Position numbers and translations under genes: made by a program. A model generated the notes under the pieces. That model was not told the origin of the DNA. It did not search any database and saw only the letters and a program-made list of their open reading frames with translations. A stretch of 64,000 nt of DNA from Perkinsus chesapeaki ATCC PRA-425 (taxonomy: Eukaryota; Protista; Perkinsozoa), in contig JAAPAO010000095.1 of assembly GCA_013115145.1 (NCBI GenBank), forward strand, positions 16,005 through 80,004. Direction: 5' to 3'. Below, in pieces: positions 56,801 through 64,000 of the stretch. Position 1 is the stretch's first letter. Every line of letters starts with the position of its first letter.

Positions 56801-58064
56801 AGTCTCACCAAAGGTTCCGACTTCTTTGGACATGTCCTCCACAGGCCATGCGTGGACAGCTACGACATCACAGCGGACAACTACGCACAGGTATCTACCT
56901 TGCCCATAATGTGAAGGCCGACGGCTTGGTTCCAGTTACAAGAGAAATGCCTTATTGACAATCCAGTTCAATGCGGCTCGCCTGTCTCCTTTGTGTTCTT
57001 CCTTTCGTACACCTGCATCATCACCTTTGTGGTTCTCAATCTAGTTATCGCCGTCATTCTCGAGGGCTTTGAAGACTCCACCAAATCTGCGGAGAAGGTG
57101 CTGACCTTTACCGCTGCCGCATCTAGCCAGTGTGCTTCTGACAGGACGTAGTGAACAAGTGCATCGACGTGTGGAAGCAGTTCGACCCTCACTTCGACAT
57201 GGAGATTCCAATAGACTCCGCGGTGGGCAGGAAGACTCATTACGTGTATTTATGCAGGCTTTAGATAGTGTTCATGGAGACGGTGAACTCGGAGATGATG
57301 CGAGACAATCCGGATTTGCGGAAGCGTATGATGAAATATCGTCTCGAGCGAGGAGGAGGCACACTGTATCGATCTATACCACTCAAGCAAGCACACTTCC
57401 TTAGAATGCAGATCAAATCGAATAAAAAGGTCGGCGGCGGAGGGATACACATTAGCGACTGGGACAGGACTCAGGTACACTTCTTGAACGCTGTCTCATC
57501 GGCCTTGAGGATGATGATGGTCCGCGATGACTCCTCATTGATGGAGGAAGTCAGAACCATCAGAACGTTAGCAGTCTGGTCATGGCCATCTTTCAGATTC
57601 TTTCCATCGAGTCCGGTAAGCATGCATCCAGGGAGACTCAACAGATAGCCAAGGTCCGGGATATGATCATGTCGCAGGCCAACGTGGTGCGTCTCTCTCG
57701 TGCTCACTCCTTCCCTCGAGTCTTTTCGTTAGTCCGAGCGCCGCGGGTCGTTCGTGGTCCACAAGATGGGGCCGACCAGGACCAGCAAGATCGGTCGCTT
57801 GTTCTCCCCCAAAGGTAGATGTTTGCTGTCTAATATCTTATCGCCCCCTTTAGAGCCCTGCTCTCCCGATGAGCCTGTTGATGATGAGGATGAGGAAGAC
57901 GAGGACGAGCCTCCTGTGGAAAGTGGTAAGTTACAGTTTGCACGCAGCGATTGAGTTCGAGCTCAGGGCAACCAGGAGCAGAGCATCTGCATCAAGCCTA
58001 CTCTGACACTCATTTGGTTCAGCATGTAGCAGCATCGAAGATACAACACTCTTTCCGAGAGTAA
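47887..58064 (+). CDS. Four-domain voltage-gated Ca2+ channel alpha subunit (Cav-like, EEEE filter); many introns
   Basis: S4 segments LRVFRVLRPLRSL, LRGFRLLRIFKL, LRMLRALRPLRVI and IRIFRIARLFRL. P-loops ITLEGW, LT|GENW, STTE|GW and MTGE|SW. EF-hand-like KCIDVWKQFDP. Confidence 0.93.
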
Positions 58065-58504
58065 CAGAGAGTCGGTGACTGTGGTGATAGAAGAGGACTT
58101 TGCAGATACTTGAAGAGTAGGCCAGTACCGAACGACCGTACTCGGCAGTGTCAAGAGTGCGCCGCCCCGATTCAGCAGGATGTGAGAATGCCCGCTGCTG
58201 GATGATAACATTAATATTGTTATATTACCTTGTACCATGACCATAGCTGTCATCTTGCCTGCTGTAAAATTATTCATGCATCTCCATCTGTTGAGCTCAG
58301 TATTCCAGTTTAACTACTGGGTAACCTTCCCTTTCAATCTCACAAGTGCTACCTCCCTCAGTAGCAAAGCCAGCCAGCTTCTCTAATCCTTGCATAGGCT
58401 TGAAGCCGAGATGGTTGAATGATTCCAATAGTGGTGGTTTGGTATCCAGTTCTCCAAAGTATGGTCTAATCTCAGTGTTGTCAACTCCCGTATCTTACCT
58501 GCCA

Positions 58505-61016
58505 ATGCAGCTGCTCACCTCTCCTATCATTATTATCCCCTCGCTATATTTGCTCACCTTCATGGGTTGCAGTTCGTCAGGTGGTGGAAGTACAACCACT
58601 AGTGCTCCAGTTGCGAGCACGACCAGCAGTTCTCCAGCAGTTTCGAGCACGTCCACAACTGGGCCTCCTCTGGGTGGTGTAGCGTAGGTTGACATATTCT
58701 CCCCCATTAGTGTCATCCTATAGCGCTCAGATACGTCACCTCCGAGAATGGTGATAATATGACTCGTCGTGATGTTAAAGTGGAGCCTGGCCGAGCAAGT
58801 AATTATCACGTCAAGCTTAACGCAGGTGAGTCTGAGGAGATAGAAGCTTCTGGTGTATCACACCACCACACTGTCTTTAAGCTGGGATAAGACTCTCCCG
58901 ACCTGCGCGCCCATTCAGGCAGGAATATTAGTTCACTTACTATGTTTCACAACTTCACTGCTATCTAGAGACTATTAGTATTTATATTCTACAGTCGGTC
59001 TAAGAAGTATTTGATTCAGTTACCACGCATAAACTTAGATGTGCTAGTAGGCACCATTCGATCCCAAATTTGTAGATCTACCAAATCTCTCTTAGACTGT
59101 CTTTTAACCGGACTGTATTATGTAAATATGAATTCATATACCGTATTATTATATTCATTTATTAGAATCATATTACTATTTATATTGCACTCACGATTCG
59201 TATTGCGAGAATATTTCAGTCGATTTGCTTATCAGGATTGCTGAACAGCCGAGCAGTCGAAGGATTTGGTGCGGCATTCACTGCAGCATCTGGTGTTAAC
59301 TATAAGAAGTTGAGTGATGAAAATAAAAAGAAGTTAATTGAATTGTAATTTACTAATTCATCATTCGTGGGTTTATTACCATATTCAACAGATACTTCGG
59401 CGAGAGTGGTATAGGTTACACTATGGGCAGGATACCAATAAACTCTTGTGACTTTAGCCCATACTCTTATAATTTCGATAACGTATCCGACGACTTCAAT
59501 TTGGACCACTTCGATGATTCACTTAAAGGAGATGTTGATAATGGTATGACTGATATGATCCATGATGCTTTGGCGACTACCAGTTTGAAGCTTTTCGGTA
59601 ACTTCACACTTTTCTCTGCAATTAGTTGGCTAACTTTTTAATATTTTCAGGTAGTCCATGGTCTCCACCTTATTGGATGAAAGCTGGTAATCATAGTATG
59701 GTCGGAAGTTCTAATCCCTGTCTTAAGAATGACACCCGTTATCATAAGGCATGGGCTCATTACTTCGTTAAATGGGTATATCGACAACTGCATTGTATTT
59801 ATGTGAACTCGAGTTCAGATTCAATCGTATGAGAAGAAGAATATCTCAATTTGGGGAGTTACGCAACAGAATGAGCCCGAGTGAGTGATAGGATTCACCG
59901 TGCGTATCGTGTATTGTTATACGGTGTCCCTCGTAGGTTCTTCTCCAATGAGAAATGGGAGGCTTGCTCCTACGATCCTGGTAATCAGACAGCCTTCATT
60001 AGAGACTACTTGGGACCAGCTCTAAATGCCACATTCAGTGATAGGGTTAAGCTGATGTTCATGGACTATACTAAAGACCATCTCATGAAAACATCTGATG
60101 CCGTTTTGGGGGACCCAGAGGCGGCTAAGTGAGCAGCTGTTACATTAAATTATTTTCCTGCATTCCCGTTGCAGATATATTTATGGTGCTGGAATACACT
60201 GGTATACATTTGACCAGGTTGAGAACCTTGATGGGTTCAAGGCAAAATATGGCGAAAAATACGCACTTCTAGGAACCGAAGCATGTACCGCAAATCCCCT
60301 AGAGGAGATGACATAAACGAGTTGACCCTATGGATGCAGGTACATGCTCATATGACTACGTGTTGTTCAATACACCATGGAAAAGAGCAGCCCGTTACGT
60401 ACATGGTGTTATGGTTGACTTTATCCGTGGCGGGGCGACGGGTTGGGTCGAATGGAACCTCCTCCTCGACGAGATTGCTGCAGAAGATGTAACTTCTCCA
60501 CTTCCACCAGACTCTGCTTCACGCCGTTTCCTTTAGAATCGCGGCGGACCGAATCATGCCGGTAACAATTGCTATGCTCACATTCACATTGATGATTCTA
60601 ATCAGCTTGTCGTAAGAGCGCTCCTGTCGTTACTTCATTAGAACTACATCTCGTCAGATACATCCTTCTTATTACGCATTCGGTCACATCACAAAATTCG
60701 TCCGTCCGGGTGGTCGGATGGTGACTTCCTTGGAAGTATCTGAATCGAAGTCGAGTACGATTCCTTTCATTAATACGTTGGAAGCCATCGCGTTTGTTAA
60801 CGAGGCCAAGACAGAGCTTCAAGTTATTGTAGGCAACTGTCAACATTTTGTGTGATCACCGAATGTACGATATTGTAGGTCCTCTCTAGCCAAGAATCTG
60901 ATGTGTCTGATCTTGTTGTTGAGGCTGAGCTCCCCAGCGGCGATTTCCGCACTATACATGTTGGTCAGGTCCCGGGTTACAGCGCTATTACTATCGTTAT
61001 TAGTGGATCATTTTAA
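58505..61016 (+). CDS. Secreted GH30 glucosylceramidase-like glycoside hydrolase with an N-terminal Ser/Thr linker; multi-exon
   Basis: EGFGAAFT, GYTMGRIPINSCDFS, SPWSPPYWMK, QQNEP (acid/base Glu), GIHWY, LLGTEAC (nucleophile), WVEWNLLLDE and YYAFGHITKFVRPG. Confidence 0.92.
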
Positions 61017-61144
61017 CATCGATCTTAAGCACTTTGAGTCTAAAATCGTTCTGCTCTTCGGTAATCCCTAATGTATACTTTGTGTTGAGTTGAAGACAGT
61101 TACAGCTCATCGCTCACTGCTGCCAAATGAGCACCGAAAGATAA

Positions 61145-61396
61145 TTATCTTCTGTTGGACAGTCTCGTGATAACCTTCTTGTGTCCTGGACATATCCACT
61201 GGCTGTTGTTTCCCCTTCCTTCAATTTCCGGGTGCCCATCCAACACATGGGTCTCCTTCGAATAGCCAAGTAACTCCCTTTCAAAAACCCGAATACCGGT
61301 AGAGGCTGCTAGGAGTAAGCATACAACGGTGATATCTAAGCTACACATTGTGTATAATAACCCAATCTAGTGGAACCTGAGGCCTATCGTGCCCAT
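61145..61396 (-). CDS. Small putative secreted hypothetical protein
   Basis: ATG at 61396 (MGTIGLS), then one short intron joins ORF 61145..61348, which starts with the hydrophobic LDITVVCLLLAAST. Confidence 0.35.
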
Positions 61397-61622
61397 GACA
61401 GCGGTGGTCGCGATAATCCTCCCGGCTCTATCGCGGCGCCGCTGGTCATATGCGAACCCTCGTATTAACTACAAGTTTCGTCATTGGAAGCCCGCCACTA
61501 CTAAAGCCAGTGCAAAGACCAAAGAAAAACTCTAATGGCTGGTGTGAAGTCCAGGCGTTCTAACAGTGATCGTCTGTATGACCTTATTTATCCACGGTAA
61601 TCAATCGCTCATCAGCAATATC

Positions 61623-61694
61623 TGCGCCGCCCGGGAATTGAATCCGAATTCTCCGTTTGGCAGACAGATGCCGTAACCTTTAGACCAGCGGCGC
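61623..61694 (-). tRNA. tRNA-Gly(GCC)-like, degenerate (probable pseudo-tRNA)
   Basis: GCGCCGC TG GTC TAAAGGTTAC GGC A TCTGT CT GCC AA ACGGA GAAT TCGGA TTCAATT CCCGG GCGGCGC A. The acceptor stem is perfect, but A replaces the invariant G53 and no T-tract follows. Confidence 0.7.
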
Positions 61695-62585
61695 TTACAT
61701 GGGTCTATAATTTGGCAAGTTTAGGCCATTTGAAGTCGATAAAGCGGAACTACAGGATACCGAAACCTCTCTACAGCACTAAACGGATATTGGACATTAG
61801 GGCAATCGCTTCTCAATGCGGTGAAGGCGAGCCCGGGAAGCCTGCCCGCTACACGCGCAGGCTTCCCTTCCTTCCAATCGCTTAAATGTCCAAGCTTCAT
61901 GCTGACGCCACTCAAGAAGCCTCTCATACAGTCGCTATTAGCGACTCGCTAATGCACGATCGTGTTCATCCGGGTAAATTGGCGAGATCTAGTTTGGTGT
62001 TTTGGCGGTCGGTGAGACTCGTACTATAGCTGTATGCAGGGAGTGAGTAAAGCAAGAGACTCGTACTAAAGCCTCAAAGCAAGAGAAGCCGGTGGTATCG
62101 TGCACACTTTGAAGGAATGTCATCCGTGCACAGTCCATATCAAGCAAGTTGGGGGATCACCGATGGCTCACTGCACTGTTGCTACGAAACCCACCGTCGA
62201 CCTGGTCGGAGACTTCGACTCGAAGCTGATGAGTCACGATGGTGCAGGACTTGCCTATTAGTAGTGATGGCAAGTTACTCCAGGGTAACACGACAGTCGA
62301 GCACATCCAGGAAAAAGTGCTATGTGGGTACAAGTAAGCCACAATCTAGGCAATAATCAATAGAATGTGAGCATTACTGGTACCACCATGGGGACAAGAC
62401 CTAAGCCCCGCAGACCAGCTGCCTATGGAGAGAAGGGCTGGACGGGTTGTTGCCAGTTTTGTTCTTAACATTCTCCATAAGATAGACTTTCGTGACTGGT
62501 GATAATGATGAGCCTTCTTACAACAACGAAGCAGACTTATAGTGAAAGCATTAAGCGCTGCCGTTAGGGCATTACAGTAATGACA

Positions 62586-63665
62586 TTACTTCAAGTCACC
62601 AAAGCCGATCTTATCTTCATCCCACTTGAAAAAGACGTAGTGACCATTTATTACTGGGTATCCTACGGTGTAAGAACCAGATGTCGAAGAGTCTAGAGTG
62701 AGGAAGCAGGTCAACTTTCCTCCCTTCTCCTCCTCCCTAACATAGTTGTTTGCCTGCATGACTATGGGGATTTCTTCTCCTTCTAGTCCTCGCAAGAAAA
62801 AGGTCATTTGGGGCAAGTACTGACGATCATCGCAATTGAAGACATATTTCTTTCCGTCTCTGCGAATCGGTATTTCTCTCTCTCCGCGAGTTCCTAAAGC
62901 CTCGATAACCTCCTCGAGAACGTCTTCAGGTAGTAAATGTACATTTGCTCCAGTGTCAATGCTCATGAGGAAGGACTCCTCTATGCGAGGTTGAGAGGGA
63001 TCTCCGACACCTATGCTTTTCACCCCTACCAAGTCGTCTACAACAACTGCGATATAAGAGAGCTCCTTGTGAACAGACGGGTCATCACCACCAACAATGA
63101 GCTCACCGGTTGTCTTTTCTCCGTGAAGCAGATAGATTGCGAAAGCACTACTGCTGATGGGTCTCTCTGATAACGGTTTGCTGAGCAGCTGGTCGATGAT
63201 AGGTACATAACGTTAATCCTGCTGAGGGCCTAGACCCAAGGCAGAGAAGGGTGTTGTAGCTTTACCGACCCCGGAGATCAGGCCGAAGCTAACTTCAGTG
63301 GTAACCATTCCAGGTAAGTTCAGGTTGCCAGAATGGACGAAAACGTCCACCTCAGATAAATCAGCAAACCCTATCTTTATGATCGTCCCCTCTTCACAAG
63401 GCGCTTTGCATTGGTAACAAGTATAAATGATGTCACTGCACTTACCGTGAGCCTTTTTCTCATACCAATCTTTCCAAACAAAGAACGTCCACGGCGATGC
63501 GCTATCAACCACGGTATCCAAATCTTGATCATCGATCCTCACTTTGGTCAGCAAGACTTTCTTTTCTGTTATTCTCTCAGTGCCTTCCCATATCGGGAAT
63601 TTTATGAAGTCGGTAACTACTGTATATATCACAGAGGCTACGAGCGTTAGGAGAACGGTTGTCAT
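62586..63665 (-). pseudogene. Intronless pepsin-like (A1) aspartyl protease interrupted by one in-frame TAA
   Basis: Signal peptide, VVDSASPWTF, FAIYL..GELIVGGDDPS, SIDTGAN and YVFFKWDEDKIGF. Both ORF halves are in the same frame, with TAA at 63213-63215. Confidence 0.8.
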
Positions 63666-64000
63666 TTAGGTAAAATCCTGACTGTTCGTCCGCGAACTAG
63701 CTACTCAAGACAATGGGAAGGTGAGCTCGTATCACGGAAAGCGAACAGCTCGGACTGAATGATGCAGGTAATATCAATAAGATGTTATCAACCATGTCAC
63801 GAGCTGGACATCCCCTTCAAGTACGGGTGGGAGTAGGGTGGGTCAAGAAAGATGACAATCAAAGCTCGGATGCATTACCGACACTAACTCTCACCATGAG
63901 GTTCTTGTAAAGAAGCGTGACATCTCTCCGATGCGCATGCGTGCGTGACCGAGAGGCGGACTAGTCTAGATTTCACTTCGAAACACTTCGTGTGCCGAAT

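Noticed and set aside
61805-61814. ATCGCTTCTC matching the U2 snRNA 5' end
   Set aside because: The match stops after 10 nt and there is no branch-point recognition sequence.
62100-62500. Weak retroelement-like words (HTLKEC, LVGDFD) in short frames
   Set aside because: Motifs are partial, interrupted by stops and not supported by any longer ORF.
640-63650. Many 60-190-aa ORFs antisense to or overlapping the called genes
   Set aside because: They are shadow ORFs of real coding exons or low-complexity repeats (e.g. 46110..46433 is the intronic minisatellite) with no independent support.
1-64000. Spliced-leader RNA gene, rRNA, CRISPR array, or a transposase/reverse-transcriptase ORF
   Set aside because: No CCGTAGCCAT..GGCTCAAG leader, rRNA-like block, repeat-spacer array or RT/integrase/transposase motif was seen on either strand by eye.

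Overview
Gene-dense eukaryotic nuclear DNA with many very short GT-AG introns (about 36-60 nt). Intron size, compactness and gene content point to a perkinsid alveolate, probably Perkinsus (inference). From left to right: three tandem PLAC8-family genes; a hypothetical gene; an intronless helical-repeat protein with a degenerate RAP domain; tRNA-Pro; a TMEM184/OSTalpha transporter; two RLY/FxPK-repeat coiled-coil proteins; tRNA-Val; an ASPDH-like gene carrying an antisense tRNA-Met inside an intron; a membrane GT2 glycan synthase; a 1.45-kb segmental duplication giving one intact and one truncated subtilisin around an MFS transporter; a Piezo channel; RPAP1; a farnesyl/geranylgeranyl diphosphate synthase; SNW1/Prp45; a four-domain EEEE voltage-gated Ca2+ channel; a GH30 glucosylceramidase; a degenerate tRNA-Gly; and an aspartyl protease with one internal stop. 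The most unusual signal is a recurring class of short inverted-triplication (A-A'-A) palindromes. One of them is an exact 14-nt templated insertion that frameshifts Piezo, and another is a 61-bp near-perfect palindrome. A microhomology-flanked deletion is also present. Together these suggest a template-switch or theta-like end-joining process, or an amplification/assembly artefact. Genes also fall into strand-coherent blocks. Exon boundaries were inferred by eye, so starts and ends of spliced genes are approximate, and no database searches were run.
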